IMG/VR virus record: IMGVR_UViG_3300017714_000006
Coordinates: 1 to 61,722 of that record
Strand: one strand, 5' to 3'
DNA from: a virus
Taxonomy: Duplodnaviria > Caudoviricetes
Length of the DNA stretch: 61,722 nt
Shown: positions 9,174 to 17,511 of the stretch, piece after piece
Numbering within the stretch: the first letter of the stretch is position 1
Layout: every line of letters starts with the position of its first letter
Position numbers and translations under genes: made by a program
Notes under the pieces: model-generated
What the model was told of the DNA's origin: nothing
The model's database searches: none
Seen by the model: the letters and a program-made list of their open reading frames with translations, nothing else

Positions 9174-10283
9174 TTAATTTGTAATGATACCTGCTAATTT
9201 TTTGAGGTTGATAATTTCAGCTTCGCTGCTAGTTTCCTGCGTAGTTGCCGCCTTATCACCTGTGATCTCAGTCGTCTGAGTCTCATTTAGCTGTGTTTTG
9301 TTTGCTTCTGCTTTACTACTATTCTCGTTCAACACTGTTGGCAGATATTTATTAAATGCTGCTTTCAGCTTTGAAGTTTGAACTGATTCAAGTAAGTTTG
9401 TCATTAGCTTACGTTTGTCTTTCGATAAAGGTCCCATTAATTCAGCCATTGCTGTTTCACGTTCGCGACTTTCATTAATTTTAGCAACTTCTTTAGTTGC
9501 TTCTTCAATTTTAGCCTCTCTATCGTTGATCTCTTTGTGTGATTCCTCTAATTGAGTCTTCACGTCTAAAAGTTCGTTTGAAAGTTTAGATATGTGTGTG
9601 CCTTCTGCAAGGTGTGAACCCATAAATTCAGCTGCAAATGTTTCGAATATTTTGCGACCGAACATGTTTTCTTTTGCTGATTTAATATCCTCTTTAAGCA
9701 TACCTAGTTCTGTTTTAATTGTAGATTCTACAATGTCAGCTAGTTTGCCTGAAGATTTGTCAATGAAGTCAGCTTTTGCTTTAGCAATCATATCTTTGCC
9801 TTCGGAGACAAGTTTTACCTTTTGTTCAATAAGGTCTTTCTTATCTTGGTGGAATTCGTTAAGTTCTGAAGTAAGTTGTTCCATAACAAAGTCTTCCAAC
9901 TTCTCAAAGTTTCCTTCTTGAAGTTTTCTGTCTTCGCGGAGTTCTGTAACCTCTTTTTTAAGAGTTTCCATTACAAAACCATCAAGTAGTTCTGCATGTT
10001 CTGAAATCTTACGCTTATACTCTACTTGAGCCTCAACTGCTTTTTGTTTATCTGCTTTGAATTCTTCTAATTCGCCTTTTATTGTTTCAGATAACATGCT
10101 ATCAAGTGCGGACACCATCTGCTCTTTATCTGTTTCATAACGATTAGCGAATTCTTCGCGTAATTCAGTTGTGATCTCTTCACGAGTTTCAGCTAGTTTT
10201 TCATTCCATGCTTCGGAAAGTGTTGAACGCACTTCTTCTGATAGGACTTCTGAACTTAGGAGTTGTTCTATTGCATGAGCCAT
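9174..10283 (-). CDS. gp22: Prohead core scaffolding protein
   Basis: Acidic coiled-coil protein between protease and capsid genes; FGRKIFETFAAEF motif. Confidence 0.85.
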   Translation of the reverse strand: MAHAIEQLLSSEVLSEEVRSTLSEAWNEKLAETREEITTELREEFANRYETDKEQMVSALDSMLSETIKGELEEFKADKQKAVEAQVEYKRKISEHAELLDGFVMETLKKEVTELREDRKLQEGNFEKLEDFVMEQLTSELNEFHQDKKDLIEQKVKLVSEGKDMIAKAKADFIDKSSGKLADIVESTIKTELGMLKEDIKSAKENMFGRKIFETFAAEFMGSHLAEGTHISKLSNELLDVKTQLEESHKEINDREAKIEEATKEVAKINESRERETAMAELMGPLSKDKRKLMTNLLESVQTSKLKAAFNKYLPTVLNENSSKAEANKTQLNETQTTEITGDKAATTQETSSEAEIINLKKLAGIITN

Positions 10284-10921
10284 TACTTTCTCCTAATATC
10301 TAGTGATTCAATGAACTTTAATACCTCTTCCTGGAGGTATTTTTGTGCTGCATCATCTTTGGTTTTAGCGGCGGCAACGTCTAGTAAAATATTACCTCTT
10401 TTGCCATTCATAATTTGTTCATAAAGTGGATCTGGATACGCATCGGGAGCCGATGGGTTTGCAACTATGTCAACCGTTTGGATTTCAAAGTCGCTTACAT
10501 TTCCACTTTCTGTTACATTACCACTTCCACGTGATGATACACCAAGTTTAACACCGTTTTCCAATAAGGTGATACATATCTGCCCCATTGGAGTCGGCAA
10601 TAGTTTTAGTCTTCCATAACCATCATTACCTTGCATCCACATACGTTCAATCATATGCGACACGCGGTCCAAATTAACTTGTAAGTCATCTGGGTGGTCA
10701 GCTTCGCCTAATACTGTAAAACCCTCGTCAATTTTACCTTGAACTGAATTAACAGCCTTAGTAATTTCTTTAACAGGGTAGATTCTTTGGTTCTGATTCT
10801 GTTTATTGCCTTGAACAAAAATACCTTCCATGAACAAGTTCTTGCCACCCTTGCCGTTATCCACGGCTTCGGTAACCATTTTCGCTTGATCAAATGTTAG
10901 GTGTTCTTTTAGCGTAAACAT
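10283..10921 (-). CDS. gp21: Prohead protease
   Basis: EGIFVQG..NQNQRIYP, LGEADHP, VSH, LGVSSRGSG, DIVANPSAPDA. Confidence 0.95.
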   Translation of the reverse strand: MFTLKEHLTFDQAKMVTEAVDNGKGGKNLFMEGIFVQGNKQNQNQRIYPVKEITKAVNSVQGKIDEGFTVLGEADHPDDLQVNLDRVSHMIERMWMQGNDGYGRLKLLPTPMGQICITLLENGVKLGVSSRGSGNVTESGNVSDFEIQTVDIVANPSAPDAYPDPLYEQIMNGKRGNILLDVAAAKTKDDAAQKYLQEEVLKFIESLDIRRK

Positions 10922-11814
10922 TACTCAGCTTTACCTTTCTTTTCAGCGCCATGGCCTTTAGTCTCCGGTGATAGTTTAGCACCATCTCCTGGATGAGCTA
11001 CGCCCATATCTTTTGCTGATTTGTCTGATAAACCTTTGTCAGATCCTTTGCTGTCTTTAGTCATGTCAACTGCTTTGCCGCCCATGTCATTTTTACCTGC
11101 AACTGGTGATGCTTTACCATCATCGCCTGCTGGCATGTTAACTGGATGCATTGCGCCGTCTTTGCCTACTTTTTTAAGTTCTGCTGCTTCTTCGAGCTCT
11201 TCAGCATCTTCTTCAACAGTTTCTTCGGCTTTTTCAGTAACTTCTTCAGCTTCAGCTTCGGCTTCGTCAGTTGCTTCTAGAGCCACTGTTTCTTCCATTT
11301 CTGGTTCCATTTCTGGTTCCATATCCATTTCTGGATCTTCAGCTGGTGCTTCGTCGTCACCCATGATTTTGGCAAATTCTGCCTTAAGGTCAGATAGTGC
11401 GTCTTCCACACTAACTAATTTGTCTTCAATGTCACCATGCTCTTCGTCATGTGCGTCTATATCGCCGTCCATGTCAATGTCTGCTGGTGCTTCTTCATCT
11501 CCGCCTAACTCTTCTGCTGCTTCCAAGTCGTCCATTTCTGGCTCCTCGTCTTCACCAAAAGCTTCTTCGGCCTCAATTTCTTTTTCATCTGTTTCGATAT
11601 CATCTAGGAAATCATCAGCTTCTTCGTTGCCGATAGCTTCTTCGATATCTTCTTCTGCTACGCCATCTTCAACAATTTCATCTGCTTCGACGATATCATT
11701 CCAGATTTCACGTGCTTTTTCAACGAAAGCCTCGTGTAATAGATCTGAAGCGTTTGCTTCGTCTCCGTTTACTAAGCTCTCAATGATCTTTGTATAACGA
11801 TCTCGAGTATTCAT
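10921..11814 (-). CDS. Highly acidic prohead core protein (gp67/gp68-like position)
   Basis: Start moved to ATG 11814 (AAGGAG SD; MNTRDRYTKIIESL). Very D/E-rich; lies between portal and protease. Confidence 0.7.
   Translation of the reverse strand: MNTRDRYTKIIESLVNGDEANASDLLHEAFVEKAREIWNDIVEADEIVEDGVAEEDIEEAIGNEEADDFLDDIETDEKEIEAEEAFGEDEEPEMDDLEAAEELGGDEEAPADIDMDGDIDAHDEEHGDIEDKLVSVEDALSDLKAEFAKIMGDDEAPAEDPEMDMEPEMEPEMEETVALEATDEAEAEAEEVTEKAEETVEEDAEELEEAAELKKVGKDGAMHPVNMPAGDDGKASPVAGKNDMGGKAVDMTKDSKGSDKGLSDKSAKDMGVAHPGDGAKLSPETKGHGAEKKGKAE
11293..11334. repeat. 12-bp tandem coding repeat (EPEM units)
   Basis: TTCCATTTCTGG twice, a partial copy, then ATCCATTTCTGG. Confidence 0.8.
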
Positions 11815-11851
11815 TAGTTGTTCTCCTTTATTCAACAGGTTATAACATATA

Positions 11852-11857
11852 TATTTA
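11852..11857 (-). promoter_or_regulatory. Late promoter for the core-protease-scaffold-capsid operon
   Basis: CTTAAATATA on the minus strand, between a terminator and the SD of the 11814 gene. Confidence 0.55.
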
Positions 11858-11890
11858 AGAAGTCTTGGTGTAGACCAACACATAATACAT

Positions 11891-11914
11891 AAAAAACCGC
11901 ACTTTTGATGCGGT
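11891..11914 (-). terminator. Putative terminator after the portal operon
   Basis: ACCGCA/TGCGGT stem with a 7-nt loop, then a T-run on the minus strand. Confidence 0.6.
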
Positions 11915-11941
11915 CCGTATTATATTTACCATTTTAGGCGA

Positions 11942-12142
11942 TTATTCGCCGGCTTGACCTGCAGATCCGTAGATATCTTTATAATCTTCTACTCTCTCTG
12001 CATGTTCTGCCTTTGCAAGCTCTTTCATATTACGTAGCTTGTGTAAATGACGTAATGTTAACTTGGGACGCCTAGTATCATCTAGTTCCCATTTGTTGTA
12101 ATTGTCATCTTCTGCATTTTGGGCTAACTCATTAAATCTCAT
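11942..12142 (-). CDS. Small head-module protein
   Basis: 66 aa, overlapping the portal stop; DTRRPKLTLRHLHKLR. Confidence 0.7.
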   Translation of the reverse strand: MRFNELAQNAEDDNYNKWELDDTRRPKLTLRHLHKLRNMKELAKAEHAERVEDYKDIYGSAGQAGE

Positions 12143-13799
12143 CTAGATCTCCTTCTGCACCTGCATCATTTCCTAGTGGAGATGTATCGTCGCCTGCATC
12201 AAAGTCTCCTTCGCCTGCTTCATTTTCAACGTCTACATCTGTTGGTTCAAATGTGTCTAGGTCTGTATTTCTAATACCCATACCTCCTAAATCTGTTTGT
12301 GAATCATTAGTAAACGAGTTTTGAGAATTTTCTTCTTTCCACATACGCTCGTTATTAATAAGTTCATCTTCAGTTAATCCAAGATACTTACTTAATATAA
12401 ATCTCTTAGACATGTATGGTGTTGCTTCTATTTGTGAGAATAGACTTGCACGTGCTGTGTCAAGCTCTAGTTCTCTATACTGACTAAAGCTCTGTGGTTC
12501 AATAAAGTTTAATTCAAATAAACTACTTGAAACCTCAATGCCTCTGTTCTTTAAGAACATTTTAAATTCTTTATCTAATGGTGGAAGTAGTGTGTCTTGT
12601 AATCTTTCACAGTATTTGCTGAACCTAAACTCTTGTATCATTGCTGTGCCAACTCGTCCGTCTGTGTATGATGCTGATCCGTCCTCAGCTCCTGTTGGTA
12701 AGTAACTACTTGGTATACGTAGTCCACGCATTAGTTTGTTATTGAAATATTTTAGATCATCAATTTCGCCTAGGTTTTCACCACCTGGTAAAACTTCAAC
12801 TTTAGATCCACGTCCTTCTGCCGTTTGGGCAAAAAAGTAATCTTCCATGATTGACAGCGGGTTATACGCTGCATCCATAACTTTTGTTCCACCACCACTC
12901 ATATTTGGAATACGTGTTTGGTGAACTTCGTTTTTTGTTCGCTCAACAAAACTCATAGCTTTATGCGGTGGTAAGTTACCAACGTCTACATAAAATACTC
13001 TACGCTCTGGAGCTCTTTGAACACGATAGATAATAATACTATCTTCTAATAATTCTTTTTGTTTGTATACTTTAAATACACTATCAAGGATACTGTTACC
13101 AAATGGCCATGCTGCTGTTAAGCCATCGCTTAATGCAATATGTAATACATTTGAGGCATCAACGGCATATTCTGTCATTCCTGATCCGGGTGCGCCTGTT
13201 TGTATAACACCTGCATTACTTTTGTTAGATGTCATTACAGTTGAACTTTGTGATACGTCTGATGTTTGTTTTGTATCTACTACAACCATGTCGTGTAAAT
13301 TTAGACTGATGTTTTTAATTAGATACTGCTCAATATCTTTACCTTTACTTTCGTTAATAATAACTTTAGAAACATCTTGCACATTAACCCAAAACAATTT
13401 GTATGTTTCTGGATCTCTGATAAAAAATTGATCTCCATATTTAATACATGCTCTAAACAAGCCGTGGACTCGTCTATCAAAATCATTAATATTAATCCAC
13501 TGTTTAAGTGCTGTTTCTAATGCATTGATTTCTGATTCAGTTGCACTTTCTTTATAATGAATTTTAAATGGTTGTTTTGTATCTGGATCTGATTGTGTAG
13601 AAAATTCTGCAATAGTATCTAATGCTGAGTTAATCTCACTGTCTTGGTCCATAATATCATATTGAGTATAACGTTCAATACGATTTGGTTGGCCTGAATA
13701 TACTTCAGGTAGCCAACTTGCCCATCTATTTGTTTTAGAAGATCCAAATGCATTTCCGCCCGATGGATCGTATTTTGTAAAGTGTTTTTTCCAACTCAT
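12132..13799 (-). CDS. gp20: Portal protein
   Basis: LLEDSIIIYRVQRAPERRVFYVDVGNLP, MEDYFF, GRGSKVEVLPGGENLGEIDD. Confidence 0.97.
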   Translation of the reverse strand: MSWKKHFTKYDPSGGNAFGSSKTNRWASWLPEVYSGQPNRIERYTQYDIMDQDSEINSALDTIAEFSTQSDPDTKQPFKIHYKESATESEINALETALKQWININDFDRRVHGLFRACIKYGDQFFIRDPETYKLFWVNVQDVSKVIINESKGKDIEQYLIKNISLNLHDMVVVDTKQTSDVSQSSTVMTSNKSNAGVIQTGAPGSGMTEYAVDASNVLHIALSDGLTAAWPFGNSILDSVFKVYKQKELLEDSIIIYRVQRAPERRVFYVDVGNLPPHKAMSFVERTKNEVHQTRIPNMSGGGTKVMDAAYNPLSIMEDYFFAQTAEGRGSKVEVLPGGENLGEIDDLKYFNNKLMRGLRIPSSYLPTGAEDGSASYTDGRVGTAMIQEFRFSKYCERLQDTLLPPLDKEFKMFLKNRGIEVSSSLFELNFIEPQSFSQYRELELDTARASLFSQIEATPYMSKRFILSKYLGLTEDELINNERMWKEENSQNSFTNDSQTDLGGMGIRNTDLDTFEPTDVDVENEAGEGDFDAGDDTSPLGNDAGAEGDLDEI

Positions 13800-13824
13800 G
13801 TTTTAGGTTACCTTTATTATAAGT

Positions 13825-13833
13825 GTATTTATC
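13825..13833 (-). promoter_or_regulatory. Late promoter for the portal gene, overlapping the upstream stop codon
   Basis: GATAAATAC; its TAA is the stop codon of the 13829 gene. Confidence 0.65.
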
Positions 13834-16800
13834 TAGAGTTCATCATATCGATGTCAATATTTAAATTGTTCTTCTGACTGATGCGTCTAATTATACCTCT
13901 GAGTGCTATTAATGACTCAAGAGTTGCTTCTTTATTCGCAAGTATACTAGATATTTCCTTACTATTGTTTATTTTACGTGACATTCCGGGATCTGTCAAC
14001 CGTTTATTCATAGCTTCTGTATTTAGGCCGGTCATTTTTAACATGTCTCGGTCTGCTGGTGATGACATGTGTTTAAAGGCAGGGTGTTCTTTGATGTTTT
14101 CAAAAATTCTTGCCTCTTGTGGTATGTAGCCTAATGCTGTAACTACATCATAACCTGTTATACTTTTTAAGTATCCTGCATCATCCATAGCTTCTAGATC
14201 AGATACAAAATCTATCTGCATCTCCTGACTTTCTACATTTGCATTCTTTAACTCTTGCAATCGGCTCATTACTTGGTCAAATGTAACACTTAAACTAGAG
14301 TCTGATTCTGAATTTATATTCTGTATCGCTTGTAATCTCTGTTGCATGATCTGTTGCATTTGCGTAACTGTAAGACTTGCACTCCTACCTACGTATGCGT
14401 CAGTTTCTTTAAATCGCTGTTGCAATTGCTCAATTATAGAAGTTAGATTGTCTGACTTTGCATTCTCTTTAAGATCTTTATTACTAACTATTTGTCCTGA
14501 TTGATTAGGAACAAATAACTCTGCTGTGTTCATTCCTAATTCGTCTCCAACAATGTAAGGGTTTCCTGCCTCAACTGGTCCACCAAATTTCATCTTTTTA
14601 GGTTTGACTTCTAGCATTCCAGATTCAGCAACACTGCCGTCCTCGCCACTGTTTTTATATTCTGTATGTGATATTGTAGTATCACCGTTGATTCCTTTGG
14701 CCTCACCTGCTGTTATTACACCGGTGCCTTCTCCTGTTTTGTTTGTTAGGTTATTATTTGTTAATATGTCTGTCAGGTCTTTATTGTATGCATCACTTGA
14801 CCCATCTGTAATAATTGCATCACCTTCCAGCAACAATATATTTGCACTCATGCCTTGTGTTGCCCATGTATCTGCATCTGTGTTGGATTTCTTCTTTTGT
14901 ATACCTGTTGATACTGTAATCTTTTTATCGGTGTCTTTAAATTTCTCTTCAAAGTCTTTCATTGCAGAAAGCATACGCTGACGCATAACTGGTGTAAGTG
15001 AATTCAATTGTTCTACTGTGTTAGCAACATTATGAATTGTTGTAAACCCTTCAAGGTCAGCCTCTGTTAACATTGCATTATTATTTTGGCTATGCTCTTT
15101 TGCTGTTTTAACTTCTTCTGAGTCTTCAGTTAAAACAACTGGTGCGGTATACTGGTCAGTTTCTCTTACGTTACCTGTTACTGCAATTGTATTGTCTTGT
15201 AGGTTACCACCTATGCCACCAAAGTTATTTTTTTCTTGTTCTGCTAGTGCTGCCAGTGAAGTTAGTTTCTCGGAGCTCTTTCCAAACATATCATACACCG
15301 CGTTAAACATTGTTGCTGTGTGTGCCATGTCCAAAGTGAGTGTTTCTTGCACTTCTAAGAAACGTCTAGTCATATGGTTCATTTCCATAGTTACTTTACC
15401 AGCTGCTTTTAAGTTTTCTTTTTGTTTGGCTTTTTCTTCTGCTAGTGCTCCAGGTTTTGCTAGATTACCAAAGTCACGTTCTAATCCAACGTTTGCTGCT
15501 TGTATCTTAGCTACCATAGACGCTATTGACCCAGCTTGTGCATTAAAGTTAGCAAATCTTTCCATATCAGCACCTTGGATTGCACCAAATATATATTCGG
15601 TGATATCGTTGGCTTCCATATCTCCAGATCTCATCATGTTTTCAAGGCTATCAATAAAGCCAGGATATACTTGATTTAATGCTGTTTCAGAACCTGCCAT
15701 CATTTCTTGCAATCTTCCACTTATATCAAAGTTAGACGGATCATCTGCTTTTTCAAATGCTTCTTGTTGGAACGCATCTAATATTAATTGCATGTATTCA
15801 CTGTCTGGTGCCATCTTACCTAGATTTTGAATAATGCTTCTAGTTGTTTCAGCTTGCCCAGTTAATCCTGCTTGTTCCATAGACATTACTGCTGCTGAAC
15901 CAAATTCATCAAATGATGCTGTAGCTCTACGCATTGCTTCTGCTCTAGTTAAGGCTGTCATGTTTGCTACTGCGCCTGCTTCAATTTGTAAATCAATAAA
16001 TGATGAATTAACTTTAGAAGCACTTTGGTTTAGGTCTTTGTTTACCATTCCTGTTCGACGTGCATATGTTAAGTATTCTGCATACTGTGACATCATGTCT
16101 TTGCTTGCCAATCCTAGATCGCCAAAGTTCTCTACTGATTCATCTAGTGCTGAATAGAACTTTGTAAACTGTTGAACACCTTCTGACATTGTTCCACCAA
16201 GTCCTAGCATACCATCACCAAACTGTTGAATATTATCAATCAATGATGTATATGATACACCTGCTGACAGCGTTCGTTTACGCAAGTCATCAAATGCTTC
16301 TGCTCCACCTGAGTATGTAACACCGGAGTCAATTATTTTTGCTTGAGCTCCTGCAAACTGTTCTATCTTGGCTGCATTCCAACCTGCATATGCTAACATG
16401 GCATCAATGGCTATGTTCGTTCCTGTTCCTAATGCATTTGCCATTGTTTCAGATATATTGAATTTAGAAAATAATTTTTTAGTAACTTTTTCAGAACCTT
16501 TTGCCAAGGATTTACCTGCATCAACTACTGCTGTCAATGGCTTTTCTGTTTGTCCAAAAAACCTTGCAGTCTTCATTAATCCTGATGTAGCATTAACTAC
16601 TTGTTTGTTCCATTCTACTCTAGTTTGTGCTTCTTCATCTTCTTTTCTATTATCTTGAGTTTGTGCTATTAGTAGGTCTGATAATTCTCGTTGTAGGTCA
16701 TTAACATTCCCACCTACTTTAGACATCATCTTATTTAGATCTCGATCAGTCTTATTCTGTGCGGACATGTAGGCAACAATTCTATTTGCTGTTTCTTCTG

Positions 16801-16864
16801 ATGCCCATGCTGGAACTTGAACTACTGATCCACCAATATCTATATTATTCATTTTATCAGCCAT
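13829..16864 (-). CDS. Tape-measure-like / tail hub protein, paralogue B
   Basis: Start probably ATG 16864 (TAATG overlap, GGAG SD). Long helical protein with PAWASEET near the N-terminus and the tape-measure-associated GGPV..G.PYIVG......ELFVP motif. Confidence 0.65.
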   Translation of the reverse strand: MADKMNNIDIGGSVVQVPAWASEETANRIVAYMSAQNKTDRDLNKMMSKVGGNVNDLQRELSDLLIAQTQDNRKEDEEAQTRVEWNKQVVNATSGLMKTARFFGQTEKPLTAVVDAGKSLAKGSEKVTKKLFSKFNISETMANALGTGTNIAIDAMLAYAGWNAAKIEQFAGAQAKIIDSGVTYSGGAEAFDDLRKRTLSAGVSYTSLIDNIQQFGDGMLGLGGTMSEGVQQFTKFYSALDESVENFGDLGLASKDMMSQYAEYLTYARRTGMVNKDLNQSASKVNSSFIDLQIEAGAVANMTALTRAEAMRRATASFDEFGSAAVMSMEQAGLTGQAETTRSIIQNLGKMAPDSEYMQLILDAFQQEAFEKADDPSNFDISGRLQEMMAGSETALNQVYPGFIDSLENMMRSGDMEANDITEYIFGAIQGADMERFANFNAQAGSIASMVAKIQAANVGLERDFGNLAKPGALAEEKAKQKENLKAAGKVTMEMNHMTRRFLEVQETLTLDMAHTATMFNAVYDMFGKSSEKLTSLAALAEQEKNNFGGIGGNLQDNTIAVTGNVRETDQYTAPVVLTEDSEEVKTAKEHSQNNNAMLTEADLEGFTTIHNVANTVEQLNSLTPVMRQRMLSAMKDFEEKFKDTDKKITVSTGIQKKKSNTDADTWATQGMSANILLLEGDAIITDGSSDAYNKDLTDILTNNNLTNKTGEGTGVITAGEAKGINGDTTISHTEYKNSGEDGSVAESGMLEVKPKKMKFGGPVEAGNPYIVGDELGMNTAELFVPNQSGQIVSNKDLKENAKSDNLTSIIEQLQQRFKETDAYVGRSASLTVTQMQQIMQQRLQAIQNINSESDSSLSVTFDQVMSRLQELKNANVESQEMQIDFVSDLEAMDDAGYLKSITGYDVVTALGYIPQEARIFENIKEHPAFKHMSSPADRDMLKMTGLNTEAMNKRLTDPGMSRKINNSKEISSILANKEATLESLIALRGIIRRISQKNNLNIDIDMMNSR

Positions 16865-17511
16865 TATTTGTTCTCCCAAATATCTTTTAAGTAATTAATA
16901 TTGTAATCAGTAAGGAAATTATGCCTCTTTAAATTAAATGCAAATCTGTTGAATTGTTTATGCCAATCAACAGGCCTGCCTGCTCCGTATTTAATTGTTT
17001 CATCGTGATCAATATTAGTCCACTTTAAATCTATATCTATCATAATATTTCCTGGATGATAATCACTGAATCCATAAGGATATAATGCTTCACATCTATT
17101 CTTTATATTATCTCTAACATAGCCTATATAATGTTCTATGTCTTCAAACTGTTTTAATAATTCTTCGCTATGAAGGTGGTAGTAAGAATCAACTTTCTTT
17201 TGTTCTAGGCGTAAGTAATAATTAGGTTTCCATTCATAGTTAATAATAATATCATCCACAGAATTTAATAATTTAATTACATCTTGTATTCCTTCATCAA
17301 TTGATTCATAATTTTTTTCATAGTATTCTAGATTCTTTTTACTAATTATTTCTGGTTTGAACCATATTTTAATAAACTTGTTATCCTGTTCAACTATTGT
17401 TTGCGAACAATTAAAATTTCGATTATGCTGTGGCATACCCAAACTTTCTGGAGATGGCAACGATTTAAACAGATCGTCAGCTTCTTGAGTATATAAGTTC
17501 TTATAGTCCAT
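16864..17511 (-). CDS. Protein-kinase-like / phosphotransferase-fold protein
   Basis: FIKIW (beta3 Lys), FSDYHPGNIMID (catalytic-loop-like DxHxxN) and NIDHD (metal-binding Asp). Confidence 0.55.
   Translation of the reverse strand: MDYKNLYTQEADDLFKSLPSPESLGMPQHNRNFNCSQTIVEQDNKFIKIWFKPEIISKKNLEYYEKNYESIDEGIQDVIKLLNSVDDIIINYEWKPNYYLRLEQKKVDSYYHLHSEELLKQFEDIEHYIGYVRDNIKNRCEALYPYGFSDYHPGNIMIDIDLKWTNIDHDETIKYGAGRPVDWHKQFNRFAFNLKRHNFLTDYNINYLKDIWENK

Noticed and set aside
11923-11928. TAAATA on the minus strand upstream of the 11891-11914 hairpin
   Set aside because: A transcript would meet the putative terminator almost immediately; it may be a chance match, so it was not called.
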